From assembly GCA_965153285.1 (NCBI GenBank), contig OZ229116.1: a stretch of 64,000 nucleotides of DNA; one strand, 5' to 3'. The translations under genes were made by a program, and so were the position numbers. Shown here one piece after another: positions 25,411 through 36,300 of the stretch (within the stretch, counting starts at the first letter, position 1; the number at the start of each line of letters is the position of its first letter). The notes under the pieces are model-generated. The model saw nothing but the letters and a program-made list of their open reading frames with translations, was not told the DNA's origin and did not search any database. Source of the DNA: Podarcis tiliguerta. Lineage: Eukaryota.

Positions 25411-28400
25411 TTACTTTTTTACAACTAATGCCCTCCGCTTGATCGCGGCCGCAGAAAACTTGGCCACTTTCAGTGTTACTTCTGGGTTTTTATCTCCTAG
25501 TAGGATTTTCAGCCGCTGAGATTCAGATCGACCTGGGAATTTCTGAACGATAGGGGAGATAAACAGTGACCTGATATCCCCGTAGAGGTCGCAGTGTAAC
25601 AACACATGTGAAGCCGTTTCCGCCTCCTTCAGACCACATGGGCAAACTCGTTCGGCATAGGGTGTGCCCTCGTATCTGCCCTTTAGTAAGGCAGATGGCA
25701 GTACATCAAATCTGGTAAGGGTAAACGCCCGCCTATATTTTGCGATTTGTAGATCCAGCAGATATGGGGTTAGATTAAACCCTTTTCCATAATCTTGGAT
25801 AGCTGGATATTTATCTATCTTGCTCATATGGTCCTGAAGCTCTATATCTCCTATTCGCTGGCTCACCATCATTTTAGCCTTTTCAAAACCTGCGGCTATA
25901 AGTTCCTGTGGGGAAAGCCCCAGGCCCTTCAATTTTTCATAAAGCGACAATCTCCATTTAGACTGGAACGGGTCTAGTAAAGTCAATGGAGCCACTCCCA
26001 CTGGGAAAAATATGAGTTTTAGCCAGAAGTGAATCTTCAGGATCCATATCCTGGCATTAATAGGGAGTTGACCTACCTCCAGCCTAATGGCAGTGTTGGA
26101 GACACAGGTAGGTAACCCTAGTAGGGAGCGGTAAAATTTAGTTTGTACAGATTCCAGGGACTTGAGTTTTTGGCAATTAAATATCTGGGTGCCATACATC
26201 AGTTGTGGAAGTATTTTTGCAACAAAGACCTGGGAGGCGGCAGGAACATATTGACCTCCTTTTCTGTAAAAGAATCTTATGATAGCTCTAAAGGATCTTT
26301 GCGCATTTACAATGGAATTCTTAATCTGATGGCACCAAGATCCCTTCTCATCAAAAATTATTCCAAGATATCTAAAAGATGTTACTTGCTCAATAGGTTG
26401 GTTATTAATTTTCCATTTATGTCGGAGTTTTCTCTTGGGGAACACCATAATTTTTGATTTAGTGTAATTTATTATTAGGTGTTCAGCTTCGCAGTACTCT
26501 GTAAGAGCTCGTAAAAGTTTTCTTAGACCCACACAAGAGAAGGAAATAAGTGCCGCATCATCTGCGTACAAAAGGACTGGGATTGGTATATTGTTTAGGT
26601 TTGGGGAATGAGTACTTGCTTCCTCCATCTTTCCGACTAAGGAGTTTATATAGAAGTTGAATAGAATAGGGGCAAGAACACAGCCTTGCTTGACACCATG
26701 GAAACTTTGGATTTCCTTTGATAGGTTCCCATAACGGTCGCATCTAACACGGATCCGAGTATTTTCATGTAGTCTACGGATAAGAAGCAAAAGACGTCTA
26801 TCGATGTTTGTGGCATTTAATTTTTCCCAAAGTCTGTGCCGGGGTATCGAATCGAAAGCTGATTTGAAATCTATAAAGGCTACATAGAGAGAGCCTCCTT
26901 TCTTTGAGGTGTATTTCTCCACTAGATGTTGCAATACCAGTCCTTGGTCTAGAGTTGATCTATGTGCCCTGAAACCAGCCTGGGCTTCCTTTAAGACGTG
27001 CTCCTGTTCCAGCCAGTCCGCAAACTTTTCACGTAAGTGAGTTGCATAAAGTTTGCTGATGATGCTTAAGAGACTGATTGGTCTGTAATTGGCTGGATCA
27101 AGTTTACAGCCTTTCTTAAATATGGGAACGATGATTGCCAATCCCCAGTCCTCTGGTATTATTGCTGTTTGATCTATGCTGGTGAAAAGGGTGGCAAGGA
27201 CTGGGGCCCACCAGTCAATATTGGCTTTGAGAAGCTCAGGAGAGATATTATCTGCTCCCGGGGCTTTTCTATGTTTGAGTGCCTGAATAAGCCTCCTAAT
27301 CTCCGCAACCGACACCGGGGGCCACTCATCACCTGCCGCACACTGTATTAGTGGCTGTGTCAAAGGCAGAGCTGGATATAAAGATTGGAAAAATGCCTCC
27401 CAAGTCCCTGCAGGTATAGTATACTCCACTTCTGAGGAAGTAGATCGCACTCCATTTGCTACCAGTCTCCAGAAGGTGGCCGAATCTCTCTCTCTGGATG
27501 CATCTATTAGGCATTTCCATTCTCTTTTCTGTGCCAGGAGTTTTTTGTTTTTGATCAGAATTTTATAGTTTCGTTTATCTTCAAACCAGCCCGTGGGGAG
27601 TTGGGGTAAATTGGCAGATCTATAATTCTTGTATTTTTTCAGTAAGTTTAGCTTCATGTCCTGACATTCTTGATCAAACCAGGGTTTGGAGTTTTTATAT
27701 ACTGAAGATTGCCTACTTGGCCTGTTCCTTTTTTCCTTCAGGGAATCTTGAAGGAGTGAAATTAACTCCTGAAATAAATTTATCTTTAGTTCATGGCTAG
27801 AGGAAGTTATGAGGTTTTCTCTCTTAGTGAGGAATTCCTTTGAGCATAGCCTACTTGAAATTTCCTTATGCAGTTCATCTGTCCATCTGATACGCGAATA
27901 TCTGAGCTCCAAAGCTGTAGGGCTCGAATGCTCGATTTTCTCAGCGCAGGATAAATCCTTTCCCGCAGCTACGAGTGCACTTAATGGCAGATGGTCACTG
28001 TCTAAGCGCTCCTCCACTTTGCATTCCAGAACTTTGTTTTGAAGATCATACGACACGATTATATAGTCAATTGTGGAGGCGCCATTGTTAGATATAAATG
28101 TGAATTCTCCGACCTTCTCCCCCTCTGTACGGCCATTTAGTATAACCAAGTCCAACTTGTTGACCAAGTGTAGTAGGCATAAGCCGGCATAATTGCAGCC
28201 TTTATCCTTTGAGACTCTAGCTGGTATTGGGTGGGTTTCCTCTATAATGGGGACTGTTTCGTGGAAATGGGCATACAAAGCCTCATCAGATTGTCCAGTT
28301 CTGGCATTTAGGTCGCCTGCCACCACTACAGAGGCATCAGGAAATTGATTTGATAGTTTGTCAAGATACTGTTCTAACTGAGCCCAATTGTTTCTTATCA

Positions 28401-28767
28401 ATCTTTTCTCTCTTTGTGGGGGTAGGTATACGTTAATCAGCAGCAAGCTGTGGGTTCTCCACTGTACTTGCACAGCTGTGGCCAGATGGTCTAGTGGGTC
28501 TAGTTTTTTAAATATGGCCCTTAGCCTTGTTGAAATTAGGGTAACTAACCCACCTTTAACTCGCCCCCCTCTAGTACTTAATAGACCTGGGAGGGAGAAC
28601 GCAGAAAAACCATTTAGCTCCACTTCACTTGTGCTCCAGGTCTCCTGGAGAAACACAATGTCATGTCTCTGGATGTATTTAGCAAAGGATTGGTCAGAAA
28701 CCCTCTTTTGCCAACCTGCAATATTCCAAGTTAGCAAGGCAAGGTTGCACGTTGTCTTGCCAAACAT
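25411..28767 (-). CDS. LINE ORF2: apurinic-type endonuclease, reverse transcriptase and C-terminal CCHC zinc knuckle
   Basis: TWNIAG, LQETW, GDLNA, STIDY, SDHLP (EN); NYRPISLL, QAGFR, FIDFKSAFD, GVKQG, YADD, FRYLG (RT); CPCG-x7-H-x4-C. Confidence 0.97.
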   Translation of the reverse strand: MFGKTTCNLALLTWNIAGWQKRVSDQSFAKYIQRHDIVFLQETWSTSEVELNGFSAFSLPGLLSTRGGRVKGGLVTLISTRLRAIFKKLDPLDHLATAVQVQWRTHSLLLINVYLPPQREKRLIRNNWAQLEQYLDKLSNQFPDASVVVAGDLNARTGQSDEALYAHFHETVPIIEETHPIPARVSKDKGCNYAGLCLLHLVNKLDLVILNGRTEGEKVGEFTFISNNGASTIDYIIVSYDLQNKVLECKVEERLDSDHLPLSALVAAGKDLSCAEKIEHSSPTALELRYSRIRWTDELHKEISSRLCSKEFLTKRENLITSSSHELKINLFQELISLLQDSLKEKRNRPSRQSSVYKNSKPWFDQECQDMKLNLLKKYKNYRSANLPQLPTGWFEDKRNYKILIKNKKLLAQKREWKCLIDASRERDSATFWRLVANGVRSTSSEVEYTIPAGTWEAFFQSLYPALPLTQPLIQCAAGDEWPPVSVAEIRRLIQALKHRKAPGADNISPELLKANIDWWAPVLATLFTSIDQTAIIPEDWGLAIIVPIFKKGCKLDPANYRPISLLSIISKLYATHLREKFADWLEQEHVLKEAQAGFRAHRSTLDQGLVLQHLVEKYTSKKGGSLYVAFIDFKSAFDSIPRHRLWEKLNATNIDRRLLLLIRRLHENTRIRVRCDRYGNLSKEIQSFHGVKQGCVLAPILFNFYINSLVGKMEEASTHSPNLNNIPIPVLLYADDAALISFSCVGLRKLLRALTEYCEAEHLIINYTKSKIMVFPKRKLRHKWKINNQPIEQVTSFRYLGIIFDEKGSWCHQIKNSIVNAQRSFRAIIRFFYRKGGQYVPAASQVFVAKILPQLMYGTQIFNCQKLKSLESVQTKFYRSLLGLPTCVSNTAIRLEVGQLPINARIWILKIHFWLKLIFFPVGVAPLTLLDPFQSKWRLSLYEKLKGLGLSPQELIAAGFEKAKMMVSQRIGDIELQDHMSKIDKYPAIQDYGKGFNLTPYLLDLQIAKYRRAFTLTRFDVLPSALLKGRYEGTPYAERVCPCGLKEAETASHVLLHCDLYGDIRSLFISPIVQKFPGRSESQRLKILLGDKNPEVTLKVAKFSAAAIKRRALVVKK

Positions 28768-28776
28768 TGATCTTAG

Positions 28777-31026
28777 TCAATTTGCCTTTAAAAGATTTTT
28801 TGGGCCTATCTTTTTATCTGTTAGTTGGATTTCATTCATTTTGGCAATGTCCATAGATGTATTGTCGCCCAGGTACTCAATGGAGTCAATTGAAGGGTGC
28901 AGCGTGCTAACATTAGTGATCAGAACTCCTTTTTTTGGCGAATCTACCTTGAGGTGTTCTATTTGACTGATACCAAGTTCATCCTCATCCAGGTATCTCA
29001 TGCTGGTCCAAGAGCGCGTTGTGGTTGTCATAGGGATGGTTTCCTTCTTAGATGGTAGATTGTTGCTGTCCCTTACGCACTGTGTTAGATCTGTTGCTGT
29101 CAGGTTTATCTCTGCAGCTGCAGAGGTATTATAAAGGTAGTCTTTCATGGTTGCCATAAGGATGGTTTCCTTCTTAGATGGTAGTTTGTCCCTTGCGCAC
29201 TGTGTTAGATCTGTTGTTAACAGGTTTATCTCTGCAATTGCAGAGGTATTATAAGAGTAATCTTTCATGGGGTCTGTCTTGGCTTTTTCAGAGAGGTTCT
29301 CTTTCTTTAATTGGTCCGTTGCCGGTTCTTCCTCTCTTACTTTTTCCTGAGCATTCATCTCTGTTAGCTTATTTCTAAGGGTCTCCAATCTTCTCAAGAT
29401 CTCAGATTGGGCAAGGGAAGGCAACAATCCAAACTGATTTATTAATGCCTTTTCTTCTGGATAGAAGTTATCCGTCCCCTCATTAGGCAGTCTCATCTCC
29501 TGTCTTAGTTTCAAGGACCCTTGCTCAGTATGTTCCAGTTTGTCTTTTGAGTGTCCTCTCTCCTCCTTTGGTTTACAAGAAAATCTTATCTCAGCTGTCG
29601 TAAACTCATCAGGGAACAATTTCAAACATGTGCTGTTTTCAAAGAATCTTGTTACCGTTATCCTTTTCTTTAACAGCAAATGTCTTGATCTATATATATA
29701 TTTAGCCAAGATTTGATCTTTGAAGGAGGCAATCACTCGCAGAGAGTATCCATTGTAGAATATGAAATCTACTGAGGTAATGTCCTTTAATTTTATTTTC
29801 CCTGGCAGCATATCATCTAAAGTATTCACAAAATGCACCGAGCGTTCTTCCTGTGTAAGGAAGCCCTTTGGCTTCGGGTAGTTAAGAAATGCTAACTTCC
29901 TATCTGCCAACATCAGTTTCCATCCTTTATCCTGGGGCAAGTCTTGCCCTGCTACTGGCTCATCTTGAGATCTGCCATAATCAATGGTATGGGGTGAGTC
30001 TTCTTTAATATTTATGGATCCTTGGGGTTTCAGCATAGAGCACCCGGGTAGTGATTCCGTTTCCTCACTTGTTTTGTTAGGCAGCGATGATGTTTCTTTC
30101 AAAGACTTCAGCTGGATCTTTTTTCCTGGATCCACACTGTTGTTCTCTCTGCTGCCATGTATAGCAGGTTTGTTAGAGTTTGTTTTTGATTTTGTTGGGA
30201 TCAGCTTATATAGTCTTTTCCAGCATACTTTACATGCACGCCGGTTTATAACAGATTTCCTTGCAATTTTTATGTTCTTACTTTTCTTTTTAATTTCAGC
30301 TTTCTTCTTATGGGATCTCTTACTGATGCCTCGCTTCTTTTGATTTACTTCAATAGGAAATTCAGTTTTAGGGACAGATACATACAACCCTATGTCCTTT
30401 CCTTGTTGTAAATGATTTTCCGCTGCTGATCCTTGTGTGCACTTGCTGGTCGCTGGTTGCTTTGTATATTCTGGCTCTTGAGGGGTGGTTGGTGGATTGA
30501 CACCATGAAATTCTGAGCCTTTAGCTTGGAGGGGATAATTTTCCACTAATGTCAGAAGCAGCCCATTTGTTATTGTTAAGTATTTTTTCATAGCTGCCAG
30601 ATCCAGATTTATAGAGAGCAGCCAGTCCTGAGGATAGCAGTCATTGTTTTCCGTCTGGGAGCCCATAGATGAAGTCTGGGATTTCTGGGAGTTTCGGGTT
30701 TCTTCCTGTAGCTCTGAAGATAATATCTCAGCCAAGACTATTTCATGGGCCAGGCTCATTGTATTTCTATTTTGGTTGTTATTCTCCGTGTCCTGTATTC
30801 CTCTAGAGAAGGTTGAGTGATCTTGAGCAGCAGAGGGAAAAGGAAGAGCCTCATCCTGCTTCAACTCAACCATCTCAGCCATCTTTTGCCCGTTTCCATT
30901 TCCATTCTCGTTGTCCCTTGTATGTAAAAGGTATTGCGTGATTTTACTCTGTTTCTCATAACACTCCTGGAACAATGGGCTTGTCGCTATCCCCAGGTCC
31001 CTACGTTTCTTTCTAGTAAGTACCAT
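28777..31026 (-). CDS. LINE ORF1 protein (749 aa): basic Lys-rich tract, possible RRM-like core, coiled coil, internal 40-aa duplication
   Basis: Long uninterrupted ORF directly upstream of and in frame with ORF2. Confidence 0.88.
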   Translation of the reverse strand: MVLTRKKRRDLGIATSPLFQECYEKQSKITQYLLHTRDNENGNGNGQKMAEMVELKQDEALPFPSAAQDHSTFSRGIQDTENNNQNRNTMSLAHEIVLAEILSSELQEETRNSQKSQTSSMGSQTENNDCYPQDWLLSINLDLAAMKKYLTITNGLLLTLVENYPLQAKGSEFHGVNPPTTPQEPEYTKQPATSKCTQGSAAENHLQQGKDIGLYVSVPKTEFPIEVNQKKRGISKRSHKKKAEIKKKSKNIKIARKSVINRRACKVCWKRLYKLIPTKSKTNSNKPAIHGSRENNSVDPGKKIQLKSLKETSSLPNKTSEETESLPGCSMLKPQGSINIKEDSPHTIDYGRSQDEPVAGQDLPQDKGWKLMLADRKLAFLNYPKPKGFLTQEERSVHFVNTLDDMLPGKIKLKDITSVDFIFYNGYSLRVIASFKDQILAKYIYRSRHLLLKKRITVTRFFENSTCLKLFPDEFTTAEIRFSCKPKEERGHSKDKLEHTEQGSLKLRQEMRLPNEGTDNFYPEEKALINQFGLLPSLAQSEILRRLETLRNKLTEMNAQEKVREEEPATDQLKKENLSEKAKTDPMKDYSYNTSAIAEINLLTTDLTQCARDKLPSKKETILMATMKDYLYNTSAAAEINLTATDLTQCVRDSNNLPSKKETIPMTTTTRSWTSMRYLDEDELGISQIEHLKVDSPKKGVLITNVSTLHPSIDSIEYLGDNTSMDIAKMNEIQLTDKKIGPKNLLKAN

Positions 31027-31260
31027 TTGTAAATCTTTGTTACCAATCAGGGTTATTCTTCCTATTTCAAAAACTATGCCTCTTAGGAAGTCGAAAGCTC
31101 CACCCAGCTATAGACTGAGGTCCAGATTGAGGCAAGATTTGGGATAGCTGTTTGTAGTTTGTAATTTGATAGCTTGTATTTCGGAGCGTAACACGAACTC
31201 TGCAGCTAGTTCGGCGGCCATCCACTATGTCGAGAACTTGATTCAGTTGAAGGATTGGAT

Positions 31261-31380
31261 GCACATGAAAGCTCATACCAAGAACAAATTTAGTTGGTCT
31301 CTAAGGTGCTACTGGACAATTTTTAAATTTTTTATATATATTTCTACTGCGTCAGACCAACATGGCTACCTACCTGAATC
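31261..31380. mobile_element. Penelope-like terminal repeat remnant abutting the LINE 5' end
   Basis: Same sequence family as 37995-38123 (GAAAGCTCATACCAA...GGTCTCTAAGGTGCTACTGG...GGCTACCTACCTG). Confidence 0.6.
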
Positions 31381-33285
31381 TAGAATTACTAGAATTGTTT
31401 GGAGAAAAACATGGTTGTGATATTCTTAGAAGCCCAGTATAAGGTTACAGTGTAGATAAGCCCAAAGGCTGTTTCTTCAATCTATTGGTTCATTACACTT
31501 TTTTATTTCAAAACTAAGGGTGACTTCCAGTTAACTTGTTCCATCAGCACAAGGATTTTCACTTGCAGAAGGAAACTTCCCCCCTCTTCTTTCACTGTGC
31601 GTGCCCCATGCCCTCCCCAAAACTGCTTTATAGGGTTGGGGGTACAGCAGAACAGATTTAGGGGGGTGCCAGGGAAGGGAGAGGGGGTCAGTTCTGTTGT
31701 GCATATGGAAATCTGCACACTGACAGAGCAAGCTAGTTGCTTTGTCACAGTTTAGAAACAACAAATGCAAATAATATAGCCATCTCTCTCTCTTCCAGGA
31801 GTGTTGACCTGAGCTGTTAAGTTTACAGATTTCAACTGAGCACATTTGTATCCAGAAAGATTATGTAACTCATTTAATCCAGTAGTGTTCTGTTTCAATT
31901 AAAACAAGCATCTATTAAAAAAAAAAGATGGTAGTTAAAGCAGTCATGGTGTAGTACAGGCTTAAAACTAACAGCAATTTGGCTCGAAATGTTAAGCTTT
32001 AAGCTATTTAGTATTCTGTACAAATACCGTGTTCAGGCTTTTCATAATGCAGATGTGTGCACAGTTTCACTGTATATTTATGTTTCAAAGAAATTAGCTA
32101 TAGTCCAGGTAATAAGAGGAGAGGCGGTTCTTGAGCAAAGGTATCTTTTGATCACATGCTAAGTGGCCTTTTGCATCTGGCCAAGTGATTAGGCTCCTAG
32201 CCTGAAAACTTATGGAGGCTCTCACTTTTTTGCTGAGTTTCTCTACTTGAGCTTACTGAGGTTTTCTCCTCAGTTCCACTAGCGCAATCACTTTTAACTA
32301 TGCACGAGAACTTACCCTACCTGCACACCCTCTAAATCTGCCCTGAAGGGTTGAGGGCAAACTCAAAAAATATTTAGAGGGTGCGCAGGTTGAAGCAGTT
32401 CCATTGTGCAGCCAAGAGTGCTTGCACTGGTGCAACTGTTGAGTTGAATACTGCCCAGCATGTGTTTCGAGCTCTTATTTAGGTTTGCCTTCTGTAGCTG
32501 GGGTGTAGCTGGTCTTTAGGCCCAGTTAAACTGAATTCTTGCAAAAGCGGTGCTCTTGCTTCCGCGTTGCTCTGTACTGAGCATCAGTGATGGTAATTTA
32601 GTGTTTCATGATAGAGAGTAAACAGGATGGGAAAGAAACCATAACTATAGGTTCGTTAATAACGTTCATTAGGACTTGTAACAACTTTTCCACTGCTAGG
32701 ATGAAGCGGAAGAAATTGAAGGGGGGAAATATTATTGATGGGAGAAGGGCTAGTATTAGGCCTCACGTCTGTTCTGTTGCAATCTTACCATGGTAATCGA
32801 GGAAGCCACAGAAATGTGATAGAAAAAATTTCAGGTTGTTCAGAGGCATTCTGGGGATAAGAAGCAAATGATGCTTTGGACTTTGGAAAGAGTGGGTAGT
32901 CAAAACTCTCTCTAGCACTGATCCAAGTGCAACAGTCTCTTGTAATTGTGCCTTTATAGACGGATCTAACCTTTGCACTCTGCAAAAGAGCTAGCTTGTA
33001 GTCTTGTAACTTTGTTGGCCTATTATTACTAAGAAAAATGTATTGTCTAAGCAGATCACCCTTCAATTTAAGGTTTTCCTTGTTACAGAAGCAAAGGCGG
33101 ACTAGAATGAAATAATCTCATCGTACAAATTCAATGGCACAATTCATTATGATACATTCATAATTCAGAAGACAGCAAAGCAGTTTGCTTTGGGAGATCT
33201 TTTGGTGTCTGACAGAGGAAAGATTTAGAAGTTTAACATCAGTGTATCTGGTCAATCCACTTAGCTCTTGTTCCTTCTTTAACAG

Positions 33286-33378
33286 GGTCGAGAAGCCTTG
33301 GAATGGGTGATTGGCGAACTAACTTCGACGCGAGAGAGCATGAAGTCAGCAATGGCAGCAGCTTCAGCGGAGGACTGA
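33286..33378 (+). CDS. PRELID3A: PRELID3A alternative last exon 6b, GREALEWVIGELTSTRESMKSAMAAASAED* (PRELID3B-like C-terminus)
   Basis: Strong acceptor CTCTTGTTCCTTCTTTAACAG; phase 0 matches exon 5; resembles recalled PRELID3B GREAMEWVI...MAAAAFAEK. Confidence 0.85.
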   Translation, partial: GREALEWVIGELTSTRESMKSAMAAASAED

Positions 33379-36300
33379 TGGAACTGTGACATAACTTTAT
33401 TTTTCCATTATATTTTCTCCTTGCCAGGATGGATATTCCAATGTTTTTTATTTAGAAATATATATGTTTATATAATGAAATTTTACAGGTCAGAAGCAAC
33501 CCCCCCCCCCATTTTTAAGCCTTTCTAGGGTTCTCTATTTGTCCACAGTGTAAGTTTTTTGGCTTTCCCATGGCCTCTAGTTACAAGTGCCCAAATTCGA
33601 TAGAGTATAGTGACCTTAAGTCCTACTGAAGTTAAATGGATGTGGAACTTGCAGAGCAGATTGAAGATCGACATCTACATAAGTACCAAACTGTGCCTTG
33701 ATCAGAGCTGAGAGACTAGACTTCCCGTGTTATATAACCATTTTCTTGTACTTGAAATTTATTTATTTATTTCTTTAAAAGTGCAGCTGCCGTTCTTATT
33801 CTGTAAACGACAAATAGGTACAGAAAGCACTGGGGATCTTTCTCTCTCTCTACAGGCTAGATAAGTATAGTGGGGAGGTGAAATGTGATGGCATGGGATG
33901 TTGACTGACACCTGATGTGATCGTCTATGTGGTTCTGCAACACAACCTTCCTTTTACTTAGTGGAGCCTGAAAGAAGATCTGAACAACCTTCCCTGAAAT
34001 GAAGGTTGGTGTGCAACAAAGTTCCATGGTGGATTGTGCCCTTTGTTGGAGACTGGAGATCTCCTCCTGAGACTTTGGCTTTGTGGATATTAATTCTTCT
34101 TTGCACTGTTCAAATGCAGATTCTGAACAAGGTGTTCTAGCACGTTACCTCCTAGTATTTATACTGAAACCACTGAGAGCAGCCATTTTGTTGTGGTAAA
34201 AATGGCTTGTCAATTTTTGTTTTTATTTTTCAGTAGCTAATTTATTTCCATATATGTGAATATACTCTCTGGTCACTTATTATGTGAAGACCATTGATAC
34301 CTCAGTGGGAAGTACTAGGAAACTTATTATCTATATGTAATGGGCATATGTTTGGAGTACTTAGTTGTGTAATTCATTTCTTACTTTTAGCAATGGATAC
34401 AAGACCATAAAGGATATTTATGGCCCACCCCACATTTCACACCCATCTTCTGGCACTCTGTTTAGCAGTTCCAGGGAGGAGGCTGTTTCATAGTGGTAGG
34501 GGGAATGCGATGTTGTGAAGCACAACCACCTCTCCCACCAAGCCAACAGCTTTCATCATTGAGCAAGTTCAAACTCCATTTCTGACCTCTGATTTCAATG
34601 GAATTTTCTTCTGTACAACATTTAGAAGTAGTTCTATTGAAGCCGGTAAGGACAGAGCACTTGCTTAAAACTAGGTTATGATGGTAGTAGCCCTAGATGT
34701 TCCACACAGGAGATGGGAGAAAAAGAAGAGTGGCAGTGGAATTATTTTGGAAGCATGCAGGTCCATGTAACTTCATAAGTAGTTCATGGTGTTACATTTT
34801 GTGTGATTCAAAGTTTTGTTAACAGTTCATTCATTGATGAAAGCCAATCTCCGTGGAACAGAAAGCTGCAAACATCTATAAATTAATGCACTTCCAAGCA
34901 TTGTAGAGTTCAAAACTGTAGTTTAAAACTGTGCAAGAGGAAAAGTTGGAAAGCTCCTGATTCACAGAGAACGACAAATATCTCGGGCATGAACACAAGA
35001 TGTCTGCCTGCAATCCAGTATGATGAAAACAATTCCTTTCTCTCTTCAAACTTTGCTTGCAGTTTATCTCTTCTGAATATTTTGCAGAAAGCTGAAAGAA
35101 AAAACTGAAGGCTGAAATCTTACTTGTTTAATCTTGGGGACTGGGCACGGTGTGAAATTTGTGACAAAAATAAGAAAGATGCCAAAATTCAACATACTAG
35201 AATTCTTATGTGGAAGCATAACAACATGCCAAGAAAACTTAGGATGTAGCTAAGCTGCATGCACATCTAAGTGGAATGGCGATGAATTGTTACTGGAGCC
35301 TTTTTTGCTCCCTGGCTGCCCTCCCCCGCCCCACCGGCCTGAATAACCCACGGCATTAACAATTTTTAAGCCGTGGCAGAAAAAGAGCTTCTTTAATATG
35401 ATCAAAGCATCCCCCCCCCCCATTTCAATATACTTTGGACAAAGAATAGTTGGATTACAAAGAGCCTGCCTTCTGTGAAGGGTATAAGGTCCATCATGGA
35501 AGAGGTGGTGTGGCTGGGGCAGAGAAGTTCAGCATTCTAGCCCGTATGTGTGTTCATTGCAAGAAGTGGACCAGTTAACCAAAGTCACATATGGAATCCT
35601 TCACCCCACTTCCTTTATTTTGTGTGAAGGTAAACTTGTCCGTGCTTATTCATGTGCACTTCTTCCTTCTGTCTTCTATACAATCGTGGTTGAGTTTCCT
35701 TTAATAGTCCTACTCCTGTCTCCTAAAGGCGATTAGCCACACTCTTTCTTACCTTTGCTCTTTCTTGTTCCTTCCACGGATCTTGGCTGATGGAACTCTC
35801 CTATGACTGCAGCTCCACAGACTGTCACTTGGTGCCTTGCTTGGTGCGATGTTGTCTCTTAAGGCTGTTCTCTTAGTTCCCTAGTGGATCTTAGAGCTCA
35901 CAAACCTCCGGGCAGGCAAGCTTGGTACTATTGCTTTTATATTGTTTGCTTACCAAATAATGACCACGGTCTTACATTTTCCTGGCTAGCACATATTTAT
36001 TAGATATTTAACATGGCACAGGAATATGGGCTTCTTTGTGAGGAAGAGCAGGATAGAATTTAATAATGAAATCATGGAAAATAAAAATACGTTGCATTTT
36101 CACTCCTTAGCATGTGAAAATAGAGCATGTGCTCTTTCGTTCATGGCTGCCACTACCCTTGCTTCTTGCCCCTTCACATCTTCAGTAAAAGCACTCCATG
36201 CTTTTCCTTTGTCCTTGTAGGGCCCAGCATTCTCTGTTCTAGGTGACTGGAAATCAAACCTTTTTATATCTAGTAGCTTATCTACCTTCCTGAAACTTAC

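Larger units (their letters stand above)
25149..31258 (-). mobile_element. Full-length, apparently intact two-ORF non-LTR retrotransposon (probably RTE-X clade)
   Basis: ~230-nt 5'UTR (5' end approximate), 749-aa ORF1, 1118-aa APE-RT-CCHC ORF2, 3'UTR with GGTC-TAT-GACC hairpin, AATAAA and (TTCA)10 tail. Clade call is less certain than the LINE call. Confidence 0.93.

Noticed and set aside
25795-30343. Plus-strand ORFs within the LINE (e.g. 28388-28966, 192 aa) as an ORF0-like antisense gene
   Set aside because: Shadow frames opposite long coding ORFs, with no motif or start-context support.
33286-33378. Exon 6b as a PRELID3B processed pseudogene fragment
   Set aside because: Homology begins exactly at a strong splice acceptor in the right phase, with no upstream cDNA sequence, polyA tract or TSD; an alternative exon fits better.
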